Positions 31,155-40,205 of a stretch of DNA of 56,822 nt are shown here, in pieces. The notes under the pieces are model-generated. The model saw only the letters and a list, made by a program, of their open reading frames with translations, made no database searches and was not told the origin of the DNA. How positions within the stretch are numbered: position 1 is the stretch's first letter; every line of letters begins with the position of its first letter. Both the position numbers and the translations under genes were made by a program. Source of the stretch: Candidatus Dadabacteria bacterium (GTDB taxonomy: Bacteria > Desulfobacterota_D > UBA1144 > Nemesobacterales > CSP1-2); NCBI GenBank assembly GCA_040289575.1, contig PSLL01000003.1:56049-112870 (forward strand), written 5' to 3'.

Positions 31155-31182
31155 AGTTGACATAATATATGTTATAGGACAT
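31155..31182 (-). other. dif: dif site (XerCD chromosome dimer resolution site)
   Basis: Minus strand reads ATGTCCTATAA-CATATA-TTATGTCAACT (11-6-11). By my count 23/28 positions match the B. subtilis dif as I recall it (ACTTCCTAGAA-TATATA-TTATGTAAACT). It is intergenic and flanked by converging KOPS-like octamers. Confidence 0.85.
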
Positions 31183-31226
31183 TATTAATTTAAGTTATAT
31201 CAAGAAATGAACTGCATCAATTGCTC

Positions 31227-31697
31227 TTAAGATGTTTCTTTCAATAACTCATACCAGAAATCTGTAATTCTTCCTTCTCTCTTTCTTTTGAAAACCACCT
31301 TTACCCTTGATCCAATCTTAATCTTCTTTAAAGCTTCATTTAAGTCTTCCAGGTCTACTCCCTTTACGAAATTAACCATAGATGTACTTGCCCCATTGAG
31401 CAGGACGTAGGCTATGGCATAAGGCGGGTCGGGAAGCCCTTTGAACCTTCCATATACAATTGTAAAGGCTTGAATCGTCCCCTCAGTGCCGACCTTCACC
31501 CATTCATCTGTTTGAACAAAACACCTCTCACAATACGAACGAGGTGGAAGGAGTACCCTTTTGCATACCGGACACCTCCTTCCGAGTATCTCTTTTCTAT
31601 CAATAATGGCCCTAAAGAATGCGCTTCCCACCTCTCCTGCGGCGTGATTGAATTTTATATTCCAGGCCTGAGGGATAAATATGAGTTCTCTTTCCAT
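31227..31697 (-). CDS. DUF35 Zn-ribbon/OB-fold protein (thiolase/aldolase partner)
   Basis: GRRCPVC..PPRSYCERC, GTIQAFTIV, PYAIAYVLL and GRITDF. Confidence 0.9.
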   Translation of the reverse strand: MERELIFIPQAWNIKFNHAAGEVGSAFFRAIIDRKEILGRRCPVCKRVLLPPRSYCERCFVQTDEWVKVGTEGTIQAFTIVYGRFKGLPDPPYAIAYVLLNGASTSMVNFVKGVDLEDLNEALKKIKIGSRVKVVFKRKREGRITDFWYELLKETS

Positions 31698-31699
31698 CT

Positions 31700-32887
31700 C
31701 TAAATCCTATTTGACAATACTGTCACCGTGTAGAACTGTAGTGAGCCGCCCTCTCCAGTAGCCACAGCGGTTCTCGCCCTTTTAACCTGTCTTTCCCCCG
31801 CCCTCTCCATTAACTGAATTGTAGACTCCGCAACCCTGACTAATGCCGTGACACTTATCGGATTTGCAGTAAGCACCCCACCAGATGGATTTATCGGTAT
31901 TCTTCCATCCATATTGAATATCCCCTTTTCATTATATATGCCTGATTCGCCCCTTTCACAAAACCCAAGAGCCTCCACTGCCGCAAGCTCCGTGGATGTA
32001 AAAGGTGCATATATCTCGGCAAAGTCGATTTCCTTCCCTGGATTCTTTATCTCCGCCATCTGATAAGCCCCTTTTGCCGCCAAAAACAAACCCTCGGCAT
32101 CGGCATAGTCATTAATCCCAGAGCCATCCATCCTGTCGCCTATGAAGTATGAGTTTGTACACCCGGCAATGCCTTTTATCCACGCCACATTCTTCTTATT
32201 GAGTTTCCTTATAAACCTCTCAGAAGCCATCACAATCGCGCATCCTCCTGTTGACCTGGGACAGCAGTCATAGAGTTTTATTGGATAGCAAATCATCCTT
32301 GAGTTTAATACATCTTCTACTGTGATTTCTCCTCTTATGTGTGCATAAGGATTCTTCAGGGCATTTTTTCTGCTCCTTACCGCGACAAGCGCCATCTGGT
32401 ATTCGGATGTTCCGTATTTTTTCATGTGCCTCACTGCCTGGAATGAACACATGTTTACGGCGTTGATCGCAACTGTCCTCTCATAAATCGGGTCAAAAAT
32501 CCGATTAAGAACATTTTGCGCATCTGGTGTCTCGCCCATCTTTTCAGCTCCTACGACAAGAATGCAATCAAAGAGCCCGGATGCAATGTGAAAAAAGCCC
32601 GCATGTACCGCCGAGCCTCCGGTTGTGCCCCCTGTATGAACCCTAATAAACGGCTTTCTATAGCCACCTACCGCTCCGGCACACCACTTTTCTCCCGACT
32701 CCATCCCTTCCAATGAATCAAGCGCAAGTGAAAAAACCACGGCGTCTATATCCTTAATCTCAATCTTCCCATCTTCTAGGGCAAGAACCGTGGCCTCTCT
32801 TGCAATCTCAGTTAAGGTAGCATCATCCCTTTTTGTAGTGTATTCCGTCTGCCCTACTCCGATGATTCCTATGTTACGGGGTTTCAT
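31700..32887 (-). CDS. Thiolase-fold protein lacking the catalytic Cys (Ltp3-like)
   Basis: IIGVGQT, VHTGGTTGG (no nucleophilic Cys), DCCPRSTGG, EIYAPF and NPSGGVLTANPI. Confidence 0.85.
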   Translation of the reverse strand: MKPRNIGIIGVGQTEYTTKRDDATLTEIAREATVLALEDGKIEIKDIDAVVFSLALDSLEGMESGEKWCAGAVGGYRKPFIRVHTGGTTGGSAVHAGFFHIASGLFDCILVVGAEKMGETPDAQNVLNRIFDPIYERTVAINAVNMCSFQAVRHMKKYGTSEYQMALVAVRSRKNALKNPYAHIRGEITVEDVLNSRMICYPIKLYDCCPRSTGGCAIVMASERFIRKLNKKNVAWIKGIAGCTNSYFIGDRMDGSGINDYADAEGLFLAAKGAYQMAEIKNPGKEIDFAEIYAPFTSTELAAVEALGFCERGESGIYNEKGIFNMDGRIPINPSGGVLTANPISVTALVRVAESTIQLMERAGERQVKRARTAVATGEGGSLQFYTVTVLSNRI

Positions 32888-32903
32888 CTCATTTTAGTAA
32901 AGC

Positions 32904-32959
32904 GATACAAGATGCATGATACATGTGGTGTACTATGTTTTTATCAAGCATCTTGTATC
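32904..32959. repeat. 18-bp intergenic inverted repeat with 7-bp periodicity
   Basis: GATACAAGATGCATGATA / TATCAAGCATCTTGTATC, one mismatch. Confidence 0.7.
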
Positions 32960-32978
32960 AATCATCTTAAATCCCGAT

Positions 32979-34148
32979 TTAGCTTCCAAGTATCACCACA
33001 GAACTCCCCTGGGAAAATATCCCAGTAAACCCATGAGCTAGAGCCAATCCCGCATTCTTTACCTGTCTTTTCCCTGCTCTTCCCGTCACCTGAAGTGCCG
33101 CTTCTGCAACCCTCACAAGGCTCGATGCAAAAATCGGATTTGAAGAGAGGATTCCACCTGAGGGATTTACTGGGAGTTCCCCACCGAGCTCTGTGATTTT
33201 ATTCCTGATAAGACTTTTCCCCTCTCCATCACGGCAGAATCCCAAGGCCTCGTATATCATCATCTCATGATACGGAGTAACATCGCTTAATTCTGCAATA
33301 TCAATCTCAATAAGAGGATTCTTGACCTTTGCCATCTTGTAAGCCATCTGAGACGACCTCCTTAAAGAAGAGAGATTGAATAACTCTCTATCACCGGCAT
33401 AGTATTCTTCAACCGACCATCCAATACCCCGTATCCAGGCACAATCTCTGTTAAGAGATTTTGCCCTCTTTCTTGATGCGATAACCAAAGCACACGCACC
33501 ATCCGATTTGGGTGGGATATAAATCTCTCTTATAGGATAAGAAACAAACCTACTCGACATTATCTCTTCTCTTGATGGTCTATGCGAAATGTGAGAAAGC
33601 GGGTTCTTTAGGGCATTTCCCCTGTTTTTTAGAACTACCCTTGCGGCATCTTCATCCTTAACATCCGCTTTGCCCATATAAGCCGAAGCCTCAATGGCAA
33701 CCGAGCTTATATAATTAAGTCCCAACACACGTGTATATAACGGCTCAAAAGCCCATTTACTAACTAAGTCGGGGGATGTCTCAGATGACTTGGTCCAGCT
33801 TACGATAAGCGAGTTCTCAAATACACCTGATGCCACCCTCAAATATCCCAATATAAGCCCATAAATCCCGCCGTCCGAAACCTTGACCTCATCCTTTAGA
33901 TAGGCGCCGCTAGAGCCCGCCGTTAGCATATTTGATATTGCACGCCCGTCGATTTCATCCGATGCGGCGGTGACAACGCTCTCTATTTCCTCCCTTTGGA
34001 GACCCGCGTCATCGAGTGCCTTCTTTGTGGCCTCAAACACCATCTCATCAATTGACTGTTTCTTTTTTTCTCCATAAGTGGTTTGTCCAATACCGATTAT
34101 GGCGACATTCAACAGTAGGAATCCCCTCTCCTGTTTACAAAGTCTCAA
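32979..34148 (-). CDS. Thiolase-fold protein (Ltp4-like partner subunit)
   Basis: VAIIGIGQT, SDEIDGR, SDGACALV and VNPSGGILSSNP; no active-site Cys. The start is probably TTG near 34112. Confidence 0.82.
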   Translation of the reverse strand: MRLCKQERGFLLLNVAIIGIGQTTYGEKKKQSIDEMVFEATKKALDDAGLQREEIESVVTAASDEIDGRAISNMLTAGSSGAYLKDEVKVSDGGIYGLILGYLRVASGVFENSLIVSWTKSSETSPDLVSKWAFEPLYTRVLGLNYISSVAIEASAYMGKADVKDEDAARVVLKNRGNALKNPLSHISHRPSREEIMSSRFVSYPIREIYIPPKSDGACALVIASRKRAKSLNRDCAWIRGIGWSVEEYYAGDRELFNLSSLRRSSQMAYKMAKVKNPLIEIDIAELSDVTPYHEMMIYEALGFCRDGEGKSLIRNKITELGGELPVNPSGGILSSNPIFASSLVRVAEAALQVTGRAGKRQVKNAGLALAHGFTGIFSQGSSVVILGS

Positions 34149-34149
34149 A

Positions 34150-34487
34150 TTATCTGGCGATAATTGATTCTTCTTTTACCAATATATACCACCCTCAATG
34201 GTTAGAACCTTATACCACCCCTTTATCGGCCCATAAACCCACCTCTCAATTACCTTTTCTATCCTTTGACCCGGTGTTAATGTGTATCCTATTATCTCTC
34301 TTGAAATGGGTTCACCACATCTGCTGAGAATTAGAAAACTGGGATCACCCCTTGAAACAAACTTTTGACCGCATATGAATGCGGAAGCGTTATCTACAAT
34401 CGAAAACAGAAGAATCACTATTAGAAGTAGACAAAGTGATTTCTTCATCTTACTCTCCCAACCTTCAATTGGTTGTTTATTTGACAA
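34150..34487 (-). pseudogene. DUF2845-like small exported protein with a frameshift near the C-terminus
   Basis: Signal peptide, then AFICGQKFVSRGD...CGEP...ERWVYGP. Removing one TA from GGTATATATTGG restores IEGGILVKEESIIAR* ending at 34150. Confidence 0.6.
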
Positions 34488-34514
34488 TACACTTTAAAAG
34501 GATTATCTTCTAGA

Positions 34515-35654
34515 TCAAAGCTCAAGCCGTTTCGATATAATTTCTCTCATTATCTCCGATGTCCCGGCTCCGATTGTGAGAACGCGTGCATCCCTGTAGA
34601 AACGCTCTACTGGAAATTCACGCATATATCCGTATCCGCCGTGGATCTGGAGGGCATCGTAAGCAATCCGGTTTGCGACCTCTGTTGTAAAAAGCTTTGT
34701 CATGGATATTTCTTTATCCGTTGCCCTCCCCTGACTGAAAAGCCAAGAGACATAGTATGTAAGCTGACGCGCAGCCTCAATCTGGGTTGTCATATCGGCG
34801 ATTCTATGGCGGATTATCTGAATCTTTGAGAGTGGGCGATCAAAAACAACCCTCTCGCGGGCATATGCAATAGTGTCTTCAAGCGCCTTTTGTGATGCAG
34901 AGACGGATATGATTGATACTACGAGTCTCTCGCGCTGGAAGTTCTTCATAATCTCACAGAACCCCTCACCTTCTTGTCCAATGAGATTTTCGGCGGGGAC
35001 TCTACAGTCTTCAAAGAAAATCTCCGCCGTATCAGAACACAGCCACCCCATTTTACTGAGCTTTCTCCCGACCTTTAGACCCGGTGTTCCCTTCTCAACA
35101 ATGAAAATAGATATACCTTTATGACGGGCGCGTTCATTTAATCCGCCCACAAAATAAATATCCGCGCTTAGGCCATTTGTGATAAAGATTTTACTCCCGT
35201 TTAGGACATAGTATTTCCCATCCCTTACGGCGTATGTATGGATTCCGGCCACATCGGAGCCACCGCTCGGCTCAGTAACCGCGATGGCACAGATCTTTTC
35301 TCCTTTAATTATTTGAGGAAGGTATCTTCTTCTTTGTTCCTCGGTCCCTGAAAAGAGATGGGGAGAGGCCATATCGGTATGCACAGTCACGCTTATCGGA
35401 AACCCCATTGAGCCGCATCTTGAAATCTCTTCAATAAAAACCAGTGTGGATATAAAATCCGCACCTGCTCCGCCATACTCCTCGGGATACTCAATTCCCA
35501 AAAAACCGAGCTCTCCCATTCGCCTCCACACCCATTGCGGAATCTCCTGTTTTTCTTCCCATTCTTCTGTGTGCGGAATTACCTCTTTCTCGACAAACTG
35601 ACGAACAGTCCTGCGCAATATACGGTGCTCATCCCCGAATATCCACGATGTCAT
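34515..35654 (-). CDS. Acyl-CoA dehydrogenase
   Basis: AVTEPSGGSD, LNGSKIFITNG, QIHGGYGY and IGAGTSEI. Confidence 0.95.
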   Translation of the reverse strand: MTSWIFGDEHRILRRTVRQFVEKEVIPHTEEWEEKQEIPQWVWRRMGELGFLGIEYPEEYGGAGADFISTLVFIEEISRCGSMGFPISVTVHTDMASPHLFSGTEEQRRRYLPQIIKGEKICAIAVTEPSGGSDVAGIHTYAVRDGKYYVLNGSKIFITNGLSADIYFVGGLNERARHKGISIFIVEKGTPGLKVGRKLSKMGWLCSDTAEIFFEDCRVPAENLIGQEGEGFCEIMKNFQRERLVVSIISVSASQKALEDTIAYARERVVFDRPLSKIQIIRHRIADMTTQIEAARQLTYYVSWLFSQGRATDKEISMTKLFTTEVANRIAYDALQIHGGYGYMREFPVERFYRDARVLTIGAGTSEIMREIISKRLEL

Positions 35655-35790
35655 CCCTACATCACACTCCCCTCACCAGATCAAACAAACTACAATTAGA
35701 TACTACAAATTAAGTATATCACCTTGCAGATAAATCCGAAAGTTATAGATTCGGGTAGATTTTCCCCTTTTGACTTGGTGAAATAATTGT

Positions 35791-35819
35791 TTGACTTTAC
35801 ATAACGTAGTTTGTACAAT
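35791..35819 (+). promoter_or_regulatory. Putative sigma70 promoter of the IOR-like operon
   Basis: TTGACT (35791-35796), 17-nt spacer, TACAAT (35814-35819). Confidence 0.6.
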
Positions 35820-35910
35820 TTAAATGGGTAGGCGGTCATTGGGGAATGATTAATGTCTCTGTCTGGGATGAAACAGATCTATAAATATCTGTTTAATTTG
35901 GGGAAGAATA

Positions 35911-37455
35911 ATGACAGTAGACCTTTATGATAGAGATGTTGAAAGACAGTTGCTCACTCAAGGGGGAAGAGAGTATTTTGCCAGTGGAGCAACTGTAATT
36001 GTCAAATCCCTTCTCCAGAGTGGAATATCCTATTTTGCCAGCTATCCCGGCTCCCCTACATCAACTGTTACCAGCCTAGTAGATAGGGTCAAACACACCG
36101 TATTAAAGGACATTGCTATACAAGAATCCACAAACGAGGCGGCGGCTGCGGCGACGCTCAGAGCCTCCATAAGCAATCCTGTGCGTGGTGCAGTTGCATT
36201 CAAGGTCGTCGGATTCAATGTTGCCTCAGATGCAATAGCCCACATATCTTCATCCGGTGTTACGGGTGGGGCCCTAATCCTAGTTGGAGAAGACTACGGA
36301 TGCAATAACACCATAGTTGCTGAAAAAACCCTCCCCTATGCCTATAAATCCGGACTCCCGATACTCGATCCGGGCGCATCGCTTCAGCACCTTTCGGATT
36401 TAATAGAAGACGGGTTTGCCCTGTCGGAATACTCCGGTATGCCGGTGATTGTCCTTGTAAGGAGCAGAGTCGGATACATGTCACAGATAGTAAAGGCCAG
36501 GGATAATAAAAGACCCGAAAAGATTACAGTGCGTGAGGAGATCCTGGAGAAGCTACCATTTCCACCTTATACACAGATGCAGGAGTCAGAGAAGTACAAC
36601 ATCAGGCTCCCAAGGGCGGTGGAGTTCTTAAAGACAGCCAGGATAAATAAGACTTATAACCATAGGCACTCAAATAAAATGGGAATCATAACTCATGGTA
36701 TATTGACAAGTACAGTACAGAAGGTCCTTGCATCCATGGGTAATGAGTGTCCTATTTATTCTCTCCACTGTCTATACCCTATTGTAGAAGATGAGTTAAT
36801 CCGGTTCCTCTCAGATAAAGAAACGGTGCTTATAGTGGAAGAAGGGATGCCCAATCTCATTGAAAAGGAGATCAGGGCTATATCACAATCAAATGGACTC
36901 ACGACAAGGATCTTAGGGAAAGGGATCATACCAAAGGCGGGCGAAATCTCTTATGAAACCGTGATTGAAGGTTTATCTAGGTTCTTTGGAGTTTCGGTTA
37001 ATTCAAACGGAGGAATTCCCGACATTGAGATTCCCGAAAGGCACCCAACATTCTGCACGGGTTGCCCTGAAAGACCCATATTTTCGGCGATAAAGATTCT
37101 TAAAAGGCAAAACCCCAAGGCGCGATTCCTCTTTAGCAGCGACATCGGATGTTATGCTCTAGGGGGATTGCCTCCTTTTAATCTTAAAGGCTCTATTACG
37201 GGGATGGGCACGGGAATGGCAAACTCTGGCACGCTCTCAAAGGTGAGAGGGGAAAGGGCAATTGCATTTATGGGAGATGGAGCATTCTGGCACAGCGGAC
37301 TTACAACGAGCATTGCAAACGCATTGAGATTCGATCAAGACGCAGTGCTTATAATCTTCTATAACTACCATACCGCTATGACCGGCCATCAGAAGAATCT
37401 CTCTACTCCACCTGAACTGAGTCTAAAGAGCCTCAAGGGGTTGGAGAACAAATGA
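35911..37455 (+). CDS. Indolepyruvate:ferredoxin oxidoreductase-like alpha subunit, N-terminal/TPP part
   Basis: YPGSPTS, NEAAA, KVVGFNVASD, FCTGCPERP, DIGCY and the TPP motif GDGAFWHSG...N. Confidence 0.88.
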   Translation: MTVDLYDRDVERQLLTQGGREYFASGATVIVKSLLQSGISYFASYPGSPTSTVTSLVDRVKHTVLKDIAIQESTNEAAAAATLRASISNPVRGAVAFKVVGFNVASDAIAHISSSGVTGGALILVGEDYGCNNTIVAEKTLPYAYKSGLPILDPGASLQHLSDLIEDGFALSEYSGMPVIVLVRSRVGYMSQIVKARDNKRPEKITVREEILEKLPFPPYTQMQESEKYNIRLPRAVEFLKTARINKTYNHRHSNKMGIITHGILTSTVQKVLASMGNECPIYSLHCLYPIVEDELIRFLSDKETVLIVEEGMPNLIEKEIRAISQSNGLTTRILGKGIIPKAGEISYETVIEGLSRFFGVSVNSNGGIPDIEIPERHPTFCTGCPERPIFSAIKILKRQNPKARFLFSSDIGCYALGGLPPFNLKGSITGMGTGMANSGTLSKVRGERAIAFMGDGAFWHSGLTTSIANALRFDQDAVLIIFYNYHTAMTGHQKNLSTPPELSLKSLKGLENK

Positions 37456-38012
37456 AGAAGGGACCCTATCCGTTTCTAAGAAAACTGTACGGGAAATCTG
37501 AAACAGATATGCAAAAGACACTCAGAGGAATGGGTGTAAAGTGGGTGGATGTGATTGACCCCTATAATGTCGAGGAGTCTTTAGAGGCAATCAAAAACGC
37601 ATACAAGTCAAAATATAAGGGACTCAAGGTAATAATATCGGATGCCGAGTGTGCACTTGAGGCCGGAAGAAAGATAAAGAGGATTGAGTCGGACGCCATT
37701 AGTAAAAATAAAAGGTGGATAGAGAGAAAACTCGGCGTCGATGAGGATGTATGCACGGGAGATCATTCATGCATCTTATATAACGGCTGCCCTTCGCTTA
37801 CCGTGAGAAACAATCCGAACCCCCTGAAGGACGACAAGATCGCCTGGATTGATTACTCGTGCATAGGGTGTGGGCTATGTAGCGAGATTGCCCATATCGC
37901 AAGGCTCTGTCCGTCATTCTATCAGGTAGATAGGATCATTAATCCATCCTGTTATGACAGATTTATGTTCAATCTAAGGAATTTTATCATAGAAAGGCTG
38001 CTAATATTATGA
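37452..38012 (+). CDS. IOR-like alpha subunit C-terminal ferredoxin part (separate ORF)
   Basis: LRGMGVKWV, GLKVIISDAEC, CTGDHSC...GCPSL and CIGCGLC...CPSF; ATGA overlap and GGAG upstream. Confidence 0.8.
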   Translation: MKKGPYPFLRKLYGKSETDMQKTLRGMGVKWVDVIDPYNVEESLEAIKNAYKSKYKGLKVIISDAECALEAGRKIKRIESDAISKNKRWIERKLGVDEDVCTGDHSCILYNGCPSLTVRNNPNPLKDDKIAWIDYSCIGCGLCSEIAHIARLCPSFYQVDRIINPSCYDRFMFNLRNFIIERLLIL

Positions 38013-39409
38013 GGATACTTATTCCGTCTGTGGGTGGCCTGGGGGTTGGGGTTTTTGTAGAATGGCTCTCGGCCGCGTTGATTATGGAAGGACTAAAGCC
38101 AAATGTTCTAAACCTTCCCGGGGTAAGCCAGCGCACAGGGCGAACCCTTTCATATATGGAAATTGGCAGTGATGGCACGTCATTCTCTCCATTTCCTACA
38201 AAGGGCAATATTGATCTTATAATCTCTCATGAGTTTCTTGAACTCCTGCGTGTTCTCAAGGAAGGGTATGGAGGCAAGGGTTGCAATGTCATCGGAACAA
38301 CATACAGGTACTATACGACTTATGAGAAACTCTCACTGAAGCGGGACATATATACATATGAGAATTTCCGTGATGTTATAGAAAAATACTCTAAAGACCA
38401 CATAATGGCGGACATATATAAATTGGGTATCTCTGATTTTAGTAACGCCCATCTCCTTGGATTGTTATGCGCCTCGGGATACATGCCCTTTATTAGACGT
38501 GAGACATATGAGAGGGCTATGGAGGCTGTAAGAATAGATACCGAGAGAAACCTAAGGGACTTTAACACTGGGTGCGAACTCTTAGGAAGAATAAAGAGGG
38601 ACTCAAGCCCCTCTGTGATTGATGAGATCAGCCCATGCGATACACCCGATTTATACATTAAAGAATCAATAGAGAGGCTTGGGCTTACTTATGGTAAGGA
38701 TATAAGGGATGTTCTGTTTGAGGCGGTAGGACAAATAATTGATTATCAGGACGTGAAATATGCGAGGCTCTATATCTCCAGGGTCTATGATCTCCACTCC
38801 GTTCTCGAATCAAATGGAACAGTACGGATAGGCGTAATAAAGGAGTTTGCCAGGGTTCTAGCAATAAGAATGATGTATGAGGATATTATTAGGGTTGCAG
38901 AGAAAAAAATCAGCAGAGGAAGATTTGAGCGGATAAGGAGGCTCTATAGAATTCAGGATAGGGATGTCTTCTGGATTAAGGACTTCTTTGGACCTGATAT
39001 TGATGAACTCTATGGTATTCTTCCCAATTTATTGGGGAAGATTTTCGATAGATTGCTTTCAAGATACAGAATCTCTTGGAAGACAGGGATGTTTACTAAT
39101 CATATATCTGGGTTCCTAATTCTTAAGGGAATATCAAAACTCAGATTCTTAAGAAGGCACTCACTTAGATATGCAAAAGAGAATTCACTTATTGAGATGT
39201 ATATTGACCACATAAGGCGATGCTCAGCCCATACTACAGACTCCGCCCTTCTTGCGGCAAAGGGCGGGGCGATTGTTAGGGGCTATGGAGACGTGCGCCG
39301 GGAGATGGTACAGAAGTGGAAGGAATTCTCTCAATTAACCAATCCCCATATTATGTCTTTATACCTCGATAAGCTCTTCTCTGAAAAGAGATTTGAGTCT
39401 ATGGGTTAA
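38009..39409 (+). CDS. IOR beta-subunit family protein with C-terminal extension
   Basis: VGGLGVGV, PGVSQRTG, DYQDVKYARLY, MMYEDIIRVA and RGYGD. Confidence 0.82.
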   Translation: MRILIPSVGGLGVGVFVEWLSAALIMEGLKPNVLNLPGVSQRTGRTLSYMEIGSDGTSFSPFPTKGNIDLIISHEFLELLRVLKEGYGGKGCNVIGTTYRYYTTYEKLSLKRDIYTYENFRDVIEKYSKDHIMADIYKLGISDFSNAHLLGLLCASGYMPFIRRETYERAMEAVRIDTERNLRDFNTGCELLGRIKRDSSPSVIDEISPCDTPDLYIKESIERLGLTYGKDIRDVLFEAVGQIIDYQDVKYARLYISRVYDLHSVLESNGTVRIGVIKEFARVLAIRMMYEDIIRVAEKKISRGRFERIRRLYRIQDRDVFWIKDFFGPDIDELYGILPNLLGKIFDRLLSRYRISWKTGMFTNHISGFLILKGISKLRFLRRHSLRYAKENSLIEMYIDHIRRCSAHTTDSALLAAKGGAIVRGYGDVRREMVQKWKEFSQLTNPHIMSLYLDKLFSEKRFESMG

Positions 39410-39469
39410 TTATTATAGGGAAATTTAGACCCCTCTGTCCTATTATACTGTATCCTTTAATGGTATATT

Positions 39470-40195
39470 TTGATTATGAAACTAAATGGGAAAACCGCTC
39501 TTGTTACGGGTGCAAGCAGGGGAATTGGAAGGGCTGTTGCAAAGGCCTATGTAAGTGAAGGTGCTTCTGTAATGATCTGTGGACGCAGCGAACTGGCTCT
39601 GCGCAGCGCATATCATGAGATTTCTCAATATGGAGAGATAGAATACATACGGGCTGATATCTCGGATAGGTGTGATGTAAAGAGGCTTGCCGATATAATA
39701 GATGGGAAATGGAAGAGGCTTAATATTCTCGTAAATAATGCGAGTATCTTGGGTGTCCGCGCCCCTATCTTAGACTATCCTGAGGACGTTTGGGAAGAGG
39801 TGATTAGGATAAACCTCAATGCCCAGTTCTTTATAACAAAATCTGTTCTTCCATTAATACTCAAATCTCAAAACGGCTCTATTATAAACGTTAGCTCAAG
39901 TGTCGGAAGGCGGGGGGTTGCAAAATGGGGAGCCTATTCGGTATCCAAGTTCGGACTGGAGGGCTTAACCCAGGTCCTTGCAGATGAACTAAGACCGTTC
40001 GGTGTAAGGGTAAACTCAGTAAATCCGGGTGGAACTAGGACAGAAATGAGGGCAGAGGCCTATCCGGGGGAAGACCCGATGACACTGCTATCTCCCGAGG
40101 ATATTACACCCGTTTTTTTATACCTCGTTTCTGACGAGTCAATTGGTGTGACTGGGATGGAATTTAATGCCAGGGATTGGATTACTAAGATCTAG
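39470..40195 (+). CDS. SDR family oxidoreductase (YciK-like)
   Basis: TGASRGIG, NNAS, SSSVGR, YSVSK and NPGGTRTEMRAEAYPGEDP. Confidence 0.9.
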   Translation: MIMKLNGKTALVTGASRGIGRAVAKAYVSEGASVMICGRSELALRSAYHEISQYGEIEYIRADISDRCDVKRLADIIDGKWKRLNILVNNASILGVRAPILDYPEDVWEEVIRINLNAQFFITKSVLPLILKSQNGSIINVSSSVGRRGVAKWGAYSVSKFGLEGLTQVLADELRPFGVRVNSVNPGGTRTEMRAEAYPGEDPMTLLSPEDITPVFLYLVSDESIGVTGMEFNARDWITKI

Positions 40196-40205
40196 TTGAG
40201 ATAAT

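Noticed and set aside
31157..31185. Plus-strand promoter starting with TTGACA
   Set aside because: There is no good -10 at proper spacing and no downstream plus-strand gene; the hexamer is part of the dif XerD arm.
31183..39409. Element integrated at dif (IMEX-type island)
   Set aside because: I found no second dif-like attachment site and no replication or mobility genes.
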